This document shows positions 18,339 to 28,200 of a stretch of 64,000 nt of DNA, piece after piece (positions within the stretch are counted from its first letter, which is position 1; each line of letters starts with the position of its first letter). Source of the DNA: Chloroflexota bacterium. Its GTDB lineage: Bacteria > Chloroflexota > Dehalococcoidia > DSTF01 > JACRBR01. The translations under genes were made by a program, and so were the position numbers. The stretch spans positions 7,796 to 71,795 of the forward strand of contig JAGWOC010000006.1 in assembly GCA_028872875.1 (NCBI GenBank), in the 5' to 3' direction. The notes under the pieces were generated by a model. That model did no database searches. It saw only the letters and a program-made list of their open reading frames with translations, and was not told the DNA's origin.

Positions 18339-19682
18339 CTACGCGCCGACGCCGCGAGGCGGCCGCACCAGCTCCTCGACCGCCGCGATCTCCGCCCCCA
18401 TGCGCTGCTCCCACGTCCAGAAGTGCAGCCGCGCGTACGCCGACGCGGCCGCCCCCAGACGCTCGCGCTGCGCGTCATCACCGGCCAGCGTCACGAGCAG
18501 GTCCGCCAGCCGCTCTTCCATGGGCTTCACGACGCCGGACCGCTGCGAACTGTCGATGAGCCGCCCCGTCGCGCCGTCGGCGATCAGCTCGCGCGTGTCG
18601 CCCGCGTCCACCGCGACGATGCACATCCCGCACGCCATCGCCTCCAGCAGCGGGTTGCCGACGTTCGACAGGTCCGCCACCGCCAGGAACACGTCCGATG
18701 CGTGCATGAAGCGCATCACGTCGCGCTGCGGCACCGCGCCGGCGAAGCGTACCGCGTCCGCGACGCCGAGCGACCGCGCCAGGGCCTCGAGCCGCGCGCG
18801 CTCCTCGCCGTCGCCCACGACGAGCAGCGTCGCGCCCGGCACCCAGGCGCGCACCCGCGGCAGCGCCCGCACCGCCCGGTCGACGCGCTTCCACGCCGCC
18901 AGCCGCGACGCCGTCAGCATGACGAACCCGTCCGGGGCGATGCCCAGCGACGCCCGCGCGGCCGCGCGCTCCTCCGCCGTCGCCGGATGCAGCCGGTCGA
19001 GGTCGAGCCCGTTGCGCCAGAACCGCACGCGCCCCTTCGATGCCGGGTTCAGCCGCGCCAGCACCTCGTCCCCCTGCGTCCCGTCGTCCGTCATGATGTA
19101 GAGGCCGGCGCGCGTCTTGAGCGCCAGCGCCTCCTCGTACCGGCGCCAGTACAGCAGCCGGTCGCTGAGTGCGGGGTACATCACGGTCCCCTGGAAGCGC
19201 GCGACGAGCGGCAGCCGGAAGCCCCGCCGCCGCAACACGCGCGCCGCCAGCACCGCGTGCGCCTCGTACGCGTACAGGACGTCAAACGCGCCCGGTTCCG
19301 CGCCCAGCAGGTGCTCCGCGCGCTTCGCCGCAAGCCACGGGAACGCCACCGCGAACCGCAGCTTCTGGTCGATGCGCTCGACCGCCGCCCAGACGGACCG
19401 AGCGGCGGGCAGCCGCGGCAGCGCCGGCACCCGCTCGTGCAGGTCGCGCACGCTCGGCATGTGGAAGGTGTGGAAGCGGACGTTCGCGATCTCCGGCCGC
19501 GACTCCGGCGAAGGCTTCGGCTTCGCTGCTTCGTAGAAGTGGTTCGCGCCGATGTCCGGCAGCACCGCATCGACCGTGTGCCCTGCCTCGCCGTACGCCC
19601 GCAGCGTGCGTTCGAGCGTCGGCGCCCCCTTCCCCTGGTCGAGCGACCACACGTCGAGCGCGCAGATCATGAGGATTCGCAT
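18339..19682 (-). CDS. Glycosyltransferase family 4
   Basis: SRLAAWKRVD, VVGDGEER, NPLLEAMACG motifs. Confidence 0.9.
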   Translation of the reverse strand: MRILMICALDVWSLDQGKGAPTLERTLRAYGEAGHTVDAVLPDIGANHFYEAAKPKPSPESRPEIANVRFHTFHMPSVRDLHERVPALPRLPAARSVWAAVERIDQKLRFAVAFPWLAAKRAEHLLGAEPGAFDVLYAYEAHAVLAARVLRRRGFRLPLVARFQGTVMYPALSDRLLYWRRYEEALALKTRAGLYIMTDDGTQGDEVLARLNPASKGRVRFWRNGLDLDRLHPATAEERAAARASLGIAPDGFVMLTASRLAAWKRVDRAVRALPRVRAWVPGATLLVVGDGEERARLEALARSLGVADAVRFAGAVPQRDVMRFMHASDVFLAVADLSNVGNPLLEAMACGMCIVAVDAGDTRELIADGATGRLIDSSQRSGVVKPMEERLADLLVTLAGDDAQRERLGAAASAYARLHFWTWEQRMGAEIAAVEELVRPPRGVGA

Positions 19683-19715
19683 GTCAATGGCCGCGGGAAG
19701 CGGTGCCGGCGGTTT

Positions 19716-19820
19716 GCTGTCTGTCTGTTGTCTGTCGTCTGTTGTCTGTCGTGCGCCGTCTGCGCATTGGCGCCTGCGTCCGTCGTCTGCCGCCGTTTGT
19801 TCTCGTGTTCTCTGTTCTTT
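19716..19820 (-). repeat. Short heptamer tandem arrays (AGAACAG-like and AC(G/A)ACAG-like)
   Basis: Imperfect 7-nt periodic runs directly after the stop of the upstream gene. Confidence 0.6.
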
Positions 19821-20649
19821 ACCCGTCGTCGCCCGCGCGGCCGCCGCCCGCGCCGCGCGCGCGGAACGCCGGCCGCGCGTCGATCGGCTCCGGCGACGAC
19901 GTGACGCCGCGCCGCCGCGCCGCGACGTCGAGCGCCAGCGCCCCCAGCACCCCCGCGAGCAAACCGATCGCCACCGCCGCTCCCAGCCGCCCCGGCGTCG
20001 AGCCTAATCCCGTCCGCTCCTCGCGCGCCGGAATCGGAAACACCGCCTGCGCCGTCATCGTCCGCGCGACGACCTCGTACGACTGGGCGAGCTGCGACGC
20101 CGTCTCGTAGTTCGCCTCGGCCGCCTTGAGCTGCTGCTGCGCGGCCGTGTCGCCCGGCGCCGCCGCAGCCGCGGCCGCCTGCTGCTCAAGCTGCGCCCGC
20201 GCCTCATCGAGCTGGCGCGCGTACGGCGCCGCGAGCAGCCGCTCGAGCGCCGGCGTCTGCTGTGCCGCGGCGTCCGCGAACGCCTGCTGCCACGCCCGCG
20301 CGATACCGAGCGCCCCGGCGCCGGTCACCCGGAACTCGATCTCCGGCCGGTTGAACTGCGCCTGGGCCGAGAGCCGCGGCTGTAGTTGCGCGGTGGCGAG
20401 CCCCGTCCGCTGCGCGACGTCTCGCAGCACCTGGTCGCTCGTCGCCAGCTTGGCGTAGTCGAAGGGCGAAGGCAGCACCGCCGGCCCGAAGAGCGGCGGC
20501 AGCGCGTCAACGAGCACCGTCGAGCGGAACCGCGCGTCGCCCGATGTGGGCCACAACGCTCCGGTGATCAGCGCAACCGCGACCGCGACGGCAACGGCGG
20601 CGACGGGGAGCCAGAGATAGCGCCGGATCGCGCCCCAATCGCGCGACAC
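19819..20649 (-). CDS. Wzz/chain-length-determinant-like membrane protein
   Basis: N- and C-terminal TM segments (AIRRYLWLPV...; AVAIGLLAGVLGAL) around a coiled-coil; in polysaccharide cluster; start uncertain. Confidence 0.65.
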   Translation of the reverse strand: MSRDWGAIRRYLWLPVAAVAVAVAVALITGALWPTSGDARFRSTVLVDALPPLFGPAVLPSPFDYAKLATSDQVLRDVAQRTGLATAQLQPRLSAQAQFNRPEIEFRVTGAGALGIARAWQQAFADAAAQQTPALERLLAAPYARQLDEARAQLEQQAAAAAAAPGDTAAQQQLKAAEANYETASQLAQSYEVVARTMTAQAVFPIPAREERTGLGSTPGRLGAAVAIGLLAGVLGALALDVAARRRGVTSSPEPIDARPAFRARGAGGGRAGDDG

Positions 20650-20910
20650 GCCGCCCGCGCGTCCCTGCCCGATGCCTGCTCTCAAGCCCTGCTCCTGCCC
20701 GCCGCGTTCGAGTGTAGGGGCAAGCGGATCGATCGTCAATCGGCCAGGCGCCGCACGCGGCTGCACCGGCGGCGCCACCCGCCGTTGTCCTGCCGGCGGC
20801 CCCTATGCTACGATCGGCATCGCCACGTATTGGTGTTCCCCGATCCTCAGAAGCGAGCCTGCGCCCGAAGCCTGCTTCGCGCGGCAGCGACAGAACGAGT
20901 GGCTTCGGCG

Positions 20911-21491
20911 ATGCGATGCGCACTGGCGGCCGTGCTGGCTCTCACCTTCGTCGCCGGAGGCTCCGGCGTTGGCGCGCACGCGACGGGCGCGATCGCCCCG
21001 ACGATCGTGAGCCGTCTGGCCGACGCGTCCCGGCACGAGATCACCGGTGGCGAGATCGCCAGCGGCGAAGCCCTGCTCGTTCTCGCCACCGTCGGCGGTA
21101 GCGGCGCCCCATCTACAGGCGGCGTCACCGTCGACCGCTACGACGCCGCCGATTGCTCCGGCCCGGCGACGAGCGGCGCCTCCGTCCCGCTCACCACCCA
21201 GGGCGTCCCGGCCGCTCACGCGGCGGATCTCTCGAACGCCGCCGGCTGGGACAGCGCCACCACCTGGAACTCGAACAGCCAGGATGCGCCGTCATGCGCG
21301 CCGACGTGAACGGCGACGGCGTCGCCAACATCCTCGACCTTGCGGCCACCGCATCGCAGTACAGCCAGGCCGTGCCGCCGGCGCGCGCCCGCTACGACCA
21401 GGGCCGGCCGCCCTTCGACTGCGTGATCAACATTCTCGACCTGGCGAAGATGGCCGCGGTCTATGGCCAGAGCGTCACCGGTTGCCCGTAG
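20911..21491 (+). pseudogene. Broken secreted protein with C-terminal dockerin-type domain
   Basis: Signal peptide ORF 20911-21309; in another frame ADVNGDGVANILDLA...INILDLAKMAAVYGQSVTGCP duplicated Ca-loop motif ends at 21491. Confidence 0.65.
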
Positions 21492-21569
21492 GCGCGCACT
21501 TTCCGGCTCCCCGCCACACAGGCCAAAGAACGCACCGTGGGCTGGTGTCCCACCGGCGGTCGCGCCGTG

Positions 21570-21903
21570 GACGATCACCGACGTGTTGAGCGGCCACAAG
21601 CAGATCGCCAACGCAGTCATCAGGGCGATGATCGCGCGGGCGGGGGAGATCAGCGAGCAACCGGGACACTGGTGGTCCGATCAACGCAACAACCACGACG
21701 CAGTCGGTGGTTACCAGGCGCTCGGTGAGGAGATCTGGCGGCAATCGGATGGCCGGGTGGACGCGTTCGTGCACATAGTGGCTACGGTCGTGGCGGCGCT
21801 GCGCGTCGCGGAGCGGATCGGCGCGCGCGCGCGCGTGGCGACGCGGATCGTGGACTCCGGGTGCGGGTACCTCAGCACCGGCGTGTACGCGCGGGTTCCG
21901 TAG
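21570..21903 (+). pseudogene. Cysteine synthase family remnant with internal deletion
   Basis: WWSDQxNN..GEEIWRQxxGRVDAFVH joined directly to C-terminal VVAALRVAERIG..IVDSGxxYLST; no N-terminus or PLP lysine. Confidence 0.7.
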
Positions 21904-21963
21904 CCGCCTCTGGCCCACGGGCGGATCGCCACTCCACCAGCCGGACCGGGAACCACGCGCAGC

Positions 21964-22956
21964 TCACACCCGCTTGCGCCGCTCCGCGAACACGCCGAAC
22001 ACTGCGATCACTGCCAGCCCTCCGACGATGCCGGCGAACGCGATGATGGCGGGCGCAAACGACGAGGGCTTGCGGACGATCTTCTCGCCGGAGATCTGCA
22101 GATCGACGAACTGCGACACCGACTTGATGCCATCGCGCTGACCGTCGCTGCCGTTCCAGACTGCGAACGCCGCGTTCGTCTTGCCACCGGGGGCGAATGA
22201 TGGGGAGCCCTCGGCTCCCGCCAACGAGCGGACGAAGAGCACGCGCCAGCGGCCGTCCTTCCAGCGACCGACGCCACCTACGTCCTGCACGTCCGCGTTT
22301 GTCAGTGTGCCGAACTGAGCGGCAACAAGGTTCTCGACCGGCGACCCGTGTTTCTGAGCCGAGAGCGGGTTGCCGGCGGCGAGCCCCGTCTGGAACGTCG
22401 TGTCGCCGTCCTGGGGATAGAGGTCGACCTGCATGTTGGCGTAGCGCGCCCGGTTCGTGGCGAAGCCGCTGTCAACATCACGTTGCCACGCTGCCTTCCA
22501 ATGCCAGATGTTGACGCCGGCGCCCGGGTCGCCCATGCAGAACGACGGGATACGGGTCGTGCCTGCCGCCGGGAACTCCACCGCGGCAGCGTCGGTGAAC
22601 GATGTTGTCGTGTCGATAGCAGCGTCCTGCGTAGCGTCGGACCATTCGCTTAGAATGTACAGACGCTTGCCATCATGTGCGGCGCGCAGTTGCACAGCGG
22701 CGACCGTACCGCCGCCCATGGGACGCGTGATGTTCTGCGCGGAGAGTGCCACATCAACGGGTTGGACGTTGTTCCAGAATGCCGCGAACGGATCATCACG
22801 AGGCACGGAGGGCGCGGCGCGGACCTGCACGACCTGCGCCTGGGATGAGGCGGGCATGACGCCGAGGAAGCCCGTCGTCGCGGCCACGACGGCCGCCGCA
22901 AGGACGATAGCGAGGCCGGCGGCGAACCCGCGCGACGGGACTCTACGGCTCATCAT
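21964..22956 (-). CDS. Type II DMSO-reductase-family gamma subunit (EbdC/NxrC-like haem b protein) with C-terminal TM anchor
   Basis: Sec signal; DAAAVEFP, FCMG, VNIWHWKA, WKDGRWRVLFVRSL, AFAVWNG..RDGIKSVS (Met/Lys haem ligands); terminal TM plus ERRKRV. Confidence 0.88.
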   Translation of the reverse strand: MMSRRVPSRGFAAGLAIVLAAAVVAATTGFLGVMPASSQAQVVQVRAAPSVPRDDPFAAFWNNVQPVDVALSAQNITRPMGGGTVAAVQLRAAHDGKRLYILSEWSDATQDAAIDTTTSFTDAAAVEFPAAGTTRIPSFCMGDPGAGVNIWHWKAAWQRDVDSGFATNRARYANMQVDLYPQDGDTTFQTGLAAGNPLSAQKHGSPVENLVAAQFGTLTNADVQDVGGVGRWKDGRWRVLFVRSLAGAEGSPSFAPGGKTNAAFAVWNGSDGQRDGIKSVSQFVDLQISGEKIVRKPSSFAPAIIAFAGIVGGLAVIAVFGVFAERRKRV

Positions 22957-23683
22957 GTTCGCCTCCAGCTAGCTCGCCCGCCATGCACGGCGGATCTTCG
23001 CCCGGCTCCTCGGGCCGGTAGGGTTGATCCGGAAGGGCCGCGAGCGCCCCGACCCGCAGGTGCCGCCGTTCCCATGCAAGGAACGCCTTCAAGAGCGCGC
23101 CTGCGGCACCGATGACGCCCTCCGGATCCGCGACCACCATGCGGTCGCCGATCGCGTAGCCCCACCGGCCAAGGTGGTCGCGAAAGAACGCGCGTCCAGC
23201 CTTTCTACAGATGGCGACCTGGGCGCGGCCGTGATGTTCGAGCGCGTACGCTTCTTTGAGCGCGAGCAGATAGGCGAACTCCAATTCCATGGCCAATCCG
23301 TCGGGCCGCTGGCCATGCGCCTCGACGCCGAAGGCGCGGTAAAAGCCGGCGACGTCCGCCATCTGCTCGGATGCCTGGAAAAGATGCTTCGCGGTGTACG
23401 CGGTCTCGTACGCGGGGCAGATGGTCGATGTCGTCATCGTGAAGACGGTCGTGTGCGCGCGTTCCAGTGCTTCGTCGTCGCACGCATCCAGCGCGACGCG
23501 CAGATGTTGCACGTCGTCCGCGACGCCAGCATCGATGACGCCTGCGGCCTCGGTAGCGGCCGCGGCGACGCCGCGGAGGGCCTGGCACGTGTCGGGCGTG
23601 GGGTAGGCGCACGCGAGCGAGAGCAGCCTGTACACGACGGCGCGGCTCAGCGTGACCTCGTCGGCGGCGACGGTGGCATTCAT
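22943..23683 (-). CDS. TorD/NarJ/EbdD-like molybdoenzyme maturation chaperone
   Basis: CPAYETAY, ADVAGFYRAFG, RPDxLAMELEF, FFRDHLGRW motifs. Confidence 0.88.
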   Translation of the reverse strand: MNATVAADEVTLSRAVVYRLLSLACAYPTPDTCQALRGVAAAATEAAGVIDAGVADDVQHLRVALDACDDEALERAHTTVFTMTTSTICPAYETAYTAKHLFQASEQMADVAGFYRAFGVEAHGQRPDGLAMELEFAYLLALKEAYALEHHGRAQVAICRKAGRAFFRDHLGRWGYAIGDRMVVADPEGVIGAAGALLKAFLAWERRHLRVGALAALPDQPYRPEEPGEDPPCMAGELAGGEHDEP

Positions 23684-23697
23684 CAGTGTCGACCTCT

Positions 23698-24945
23698 CTA
23701 GATGGTGTTCAGGTACTTCGGACCGCGATCGTGCAACGGCTCCATGACGCTCTGTCGCACGATCTCCTTGCCGTTCCGGTCGAAGCCGACCACGGTATCG
23801 TTGAACAGCTCCATCGTCTTCCCGGCGACGTTCATCTCGCCGATCTTGTGCCCGTTGACGACCTCGAAGCGGTGGACGATGCGCTGCGTCGTCCGGAACA
23901 GTTGCAGTACGGCCTGCAAACGGCGCGACGGTGCGGCGTACCGCTCGATCGCGGCATCGGCGCCCGGGCCGAACATCTGGTGCAGATACGGCCGCGGCAC
24001 CCATCGGGGCGGGATGTAGTAGATGTTGGGTTCGGTGCCGAACTGTGGGTAGAGCGGCAGCGCCACCTGCTCCTCGCGCACCATGTAGTACAGCGGGTTA
24101 TCCGGGTTGACGGCCCATCTGCCGTCCGCTCCGACCTCGATCAGCCCCTGGAGCCGGATCTTGCCGACGCAGGCGGACATGCAGCGCGTCTCCATCGGCT
24201 CGCCCTCAGAGATGGGGTCGGTCCCTTCGATGCGCGGGTAGCACGCGATGCACTTCTCCGACACCCGCGTCGTGCTGCGGAACATGGGCTTTTTATACGG
24301 GCACTGCTCGACGCACTTGCGGTAGCCGCGGCACCGCTGCTCATCAATCAGGACGATGCCATCCTCCGGGCGCTTGTAGATAGCGTTGCGGGGACACGCC
24401 GCCAGGCACGCCGGGTACGTGCAGTGGTTGCAGATGCGCTGCAGGTAGAAGAACCAGGTGCGGTGCTCGGGAAGGCTCGTCGCTTGCAACTCGCTCTCCC
24501 TGCGGTTGCGCGGTGTGTCCTCGAAGATGTTGGGTGCCGTCCATTCATCGTCTGTAGGCAGGTAACCGATTGCCTCATCCGTCTTGCCGAGGGCGGCGGC
24601 GGCCTCAAAGATCGTCTTGCCGGTGAACTGACCGTAGGGCGCGGCCGGCGTCGCCGTCCGGCCATCCCACTTCTGCCCGCCGGGATCCGCCTTGTCGAGG
24701 AGCTTGAGGGTGTTGACATCCCAGTGGTGCGGGTAGCCGCCGTAGGGCTTCGTCTCCACGTTGTTCCACCACATGTGCTCCTGGCCCTCGGAGAAGGTCC
24801 ACGTGGACTTGCACGCCATGGTGCACGTCTGGCAGGCGATGCAGCGGTTAATGTTAAACACCGCCGCGAACTGCCATTTCGGGTGCGCTTCGCGGAAGCG
24901 GTAGGTCATCGGGCGGCCGAGTTGCCAGTTGTACACGTCAGGCAT
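23698..24945 (-). CDS. nxrB: Nitrite oxidoreductase / nitrate reductase beta subunit (periplasmic NXR type)
   Basis: MPDVYNWQLGR N-terminus, FNINRCIACQTC, WWNNVETKPYGGYP, FFYLQRICNHCTYP, CRGYRKC, ALPLYPQFGTEPN; four Fe-S motifs. Confidence 0.92.
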   Translation of the reverse strand: MPDVYNWQLGRPMTYRFREAHPKWQFAAVFNINRCIACQTCTMACKSTWTFSEGQEHMWWNNVETKPYGGYPHHWDVNTLKLLDKADPGGQKWDGRTATPAAPYGQFTGKTIFEAAAALGKTDEAIGYLPTDDEWTAPNIFEDTPRNRRESELQATSLPEHRTWFFYLQRICNHCTYPACLAACPRNAIYKRPEDGIVLIDEQRCRGYRKCVEQCPYKKPMFRSTTRVSEKCIACYPRIEGTDPISEGEPMETRCMSACVGKIRLQGLIEVGADGRWAVNPDNPLYYMVREEQVALPLYPQFGTEPNIYYIPPRWVPRPYLHQMFGPGADAAIERYAAPSRRLQAVLQLFRTTQRIVHRFEVVNGHKIGEMNVAGKTMELFNDTVVGFDRNGKEIVRQSVMEPLHDRGPKYLNTI

Positions 24946-25222
24946 GACGGACCTCTTGCGCAGGAGCAACGCACAGGACGTCGTCGAGCAGGCTGTGGAT
25001 GAATGCTTCGCCGCGCTGGTGATAGACGGCGTGGGTCCCGGCGTACCTCGGGTTTTCAAACAGGCGCAGGATGCGCTCGCGGGGCCAGCCCATCATCGCG
25101 TACTCCTCGATGAAGGCGCGCGCCATGGCCGCGGCGCCGTCGTAGCCGGGCGGGCCGTCGACGAACACCGCCATTGCCTCGAACGGGTCTTCGGCCTCCG
25201 CGCCCTTGTGGAACTCCGCCAT
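24938..25222 (-). CDS. Small hypothetical protein between alpha and beta subunits
   Basis: 94 aa, own RBS (GAGGAG), stop overlaps nxrB start. Confidence 0.75.
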   Translation of the reverse strand: MAEFHKGAEAEDPFEAMAVFVDGPPGYDGAAAMARAFIEEYAMMGWPRERILRLFENPRYAGTHAVYHQRGEAFIHSLLDDVLCVAPAQEVRHA

Positions 25223-25226
25223 GTGC

Positions 25227-28200
25227 TTAACTCCTCACCACGTTCATGGCGCCGCCGTCCAGGTAGCGCTCCATGAAGTTGTCCTCGCCCCCGGGAGACA
25301 TGCCGGTGGTGCCGGGCGTCCAGACGCCCTGCCCGCCCATGCCGCCTGGTTCCGCCTTCGTGATGCGCACGAGCGTTTCCTTGGGGACGGTGTTGATCGC
25401 GTGGTTGTCGGCCTCGCCGCCGAACATGAACGACGTGAAGATCTTCTTCTTGTGGAACAGGGTGTCCGTCTGGTGCATCGGCATCGCCCAGTCGCGCGTG
25501 ATGCTCTGCTGCGACCCGTAACGGAAGCTGGCTTGGTAGCCGGTGTCCTCTGACACGGCGCGTCCGTCGGCACGCGTCTCGTGGCCCTTCACAGATTTCT
25601 CTGTGGCGATGAAGGTGCCGTGCTTGGTCATGACCGTGTGGTATGGATATGCCGGGTTGTACTTCACCCGCAGCATCAGCCGCGCCACGTGGTAGAACGG
25701 GTCCTCCGGGTGATCTTCGTGGCCCGGATAAGGCCGGTCGGTGGGGTTGGCGTCGACGTAGACGTAATCGCCGTCCGCTAGCCCCAGGTCGCGGGCGGCC
25801 TGCGGATTCATGTGCAACTGCTGGTCCCCGACCCCGGGCTGCCGCTTCTCGACGCGGCGCGGATCGCCAAAGTTGCTCGCCCAGATGACGTTCCAGTCCG
25901 TGACCGCCCAGCCCGAGTGCACCGTGTGGCGCGTCTTCGGCGTCAAGCAATAGAACTGGAAGCCCTGCTCCCAGAGCGGGTTCTTCGTGTTCTTCACCTC
26001 CCGCCACGGCAACCGGATGTTGCGCACCGTCCGCATCTCGGCATCGAGCTCGTCACGCGCGATGCCGTAGTCCTCGGGCCTGATGAGTTCGTTCGAGCTG
26101 ACGATGACGTTCGGCAGATACGGCGTCGCCTCCGGACCCTCCCGGTGGACGATGAAGTTCTCGCCGTATTCGATCGCCTCCGGGATGTCGCAGTAGGAGT
26201 TCAGCCGCCCGGTGTCGGTCCAGAACGGGTCGTTGTCATGGATCTGGTCCCAGAACGGGATACGGGGATATGTACGGAACATCATCAGCGCCGCGCCGGG
26301 CTCGCCGTACTTCCCGTCGAGAATGTCCTGCACCTTGTAGCCCTTCGTGGTCGCCGATGCGTCCAGCAGCCGCTGCAGGTACACGCGGCCCTTTCCCTCC
26401 AGCGCGAACTTCCAGTAGTCCGCGATGCGCTGGTCGCCAATCTCCCCGGCCAGCTTCTCGGCCACGGCGGCCATGATCCGCAGGTCGTCCTTGGTGTCGT
26501 GCAGCGGCTTGAGGCCGGTCTGCCCCCAGATCTGGAGGAACGGGTTGGAGCAGGACGCCGTCACCTCCAGCTCCTGGAACTCGGACCACGAGTTCGCCGG
26601 AAGGATGACGTCGGAATACTCGCAGGAGGCCGTCATTTCGATGTCCTGCGTGACGATCATGTCGACCTTCGGGTTGACATCGCGGAGCATGTGGTACGCC
26701 CACTTGGCGTTGTTGAAGAGATTGACGTTGGTCGTCCAGATCACCTTCGTGGGCGACGGCATGTGGCTCTTGCCCGTGAATACCTTACGGCCGAGCTTGG
26801 GCGTATCGACGATCAGCGCCTGGTCGCCGTGGTCCCAGTACGCGGGCTCTTCGTCCTTGGTGTAGGCATGCGCCTTGATGTCGGAGCCCGACGCGTTCTC
26901 GTCGAGGTTCATGTCGAACGGATCCTCAGCGATCCAGCCCTTGAAGCCGGGGCCGGATTCCGGCGTGGACTGGAAGAGGGCCGCCTTGTAGTTGCCGGCC
27001 CAGGAGTGGCTACCCGCCCCGGGGATACCGATGTTGCCGGTGAGCATGAGCGGCAGGTACGTCGCGCGGTTGTGCTGCGTGGCGTGAAAATAGTGGTTCA
27101 CGCCCTCACCGGTGTGGATCGAGACGGGTTTCATCGTCGCGATGTCGTCGGCCAGCCGCCGGATCAGTTCCTTCGGCGCGCCAGTGATCTCCGCCGTCGT
27201 ATCGAGGTCGTAGTCGCGCAGGTGGTTGCGGTACGCCTCCCAGAGCGTCAGCACCGCGACGCTCTTCCCATCGGCGAGCTGGATCGTGGCGCGATAGTCA
27301 AGCTTCGGGTCGATGTTCGCGGCCCTCATGCGCTCACCCAGGTCGTCCCGGGTGATGGCGCGCAGCTTGCCACTCGCGGCGTTGAAGACCACGTAATCGC
27401 CGAGTTGCGCGTACTGTTCCTTCGTCAGCCCCTGCCGCGTGAAGCTCGGTCCGTTTGCCGGGAGGCTCGGCTGGTAGCCGGGGAAGACATCGGCGGCGGA
27501 CAAGCGCTTCAGCGTGTCGGTACGGATGAGGAGTGGCAGGTCCGTGTACTTCTTCACGAAATCGGCGTCGTACTTGTTCTCATCCATCAAGATCCGGGTG
27601 ATCGCGAGGAAGATCGAAGTGTCCGACAGGCCCGGCCGCACAGGGATCCAGTAGTCGGACTTCGTCGCGGGCGGGCTGTACTCCGGGCAGATCGTCACGA
27701 TCTTCCCGCCGCGCTCCAGCGCGTCGTGCAGGAAGTGCGATTCGGGCATCTTGTTCTCAACCAGGTTCTTGCCCACCTGGATGAGCAGCCTGCTATAGCG
27801 CAGGTCGTTGAAGTCGACATCCGAGTTCTGCAGGCCGTGGACAAACGGATGTCCCGGCGCCTGGTCACCGTGCCACGTGTAGTTCGACCAGTTCCGGCCA
27901 GCCCTAGCGTCTTCGCGGCCGACACCGCGCACGTGCGCATCGAGCAACGCCAGGGTGTTGGACATGCGGTACATGCCGTACTTGCCGATGACGCCGGTCA
28001 GGCCCATGCCGCCTCGCAGCTTCATCGTCTGCGTGCCAGCGCCGTGCATGTCGGCGATCATCTCCGGCTGGTAGCCCTCGGCCGTCAGCCGCTTCGCTCC
28101 GTCCTCGCCGCTGTAGGCCCGGGCGATGCTCACGAGGCCGCGGGCAACGTATCGCGTGGCTTCGTCCCAACTGGCGCGCACGAACGTGTCGGTGCCGCGA

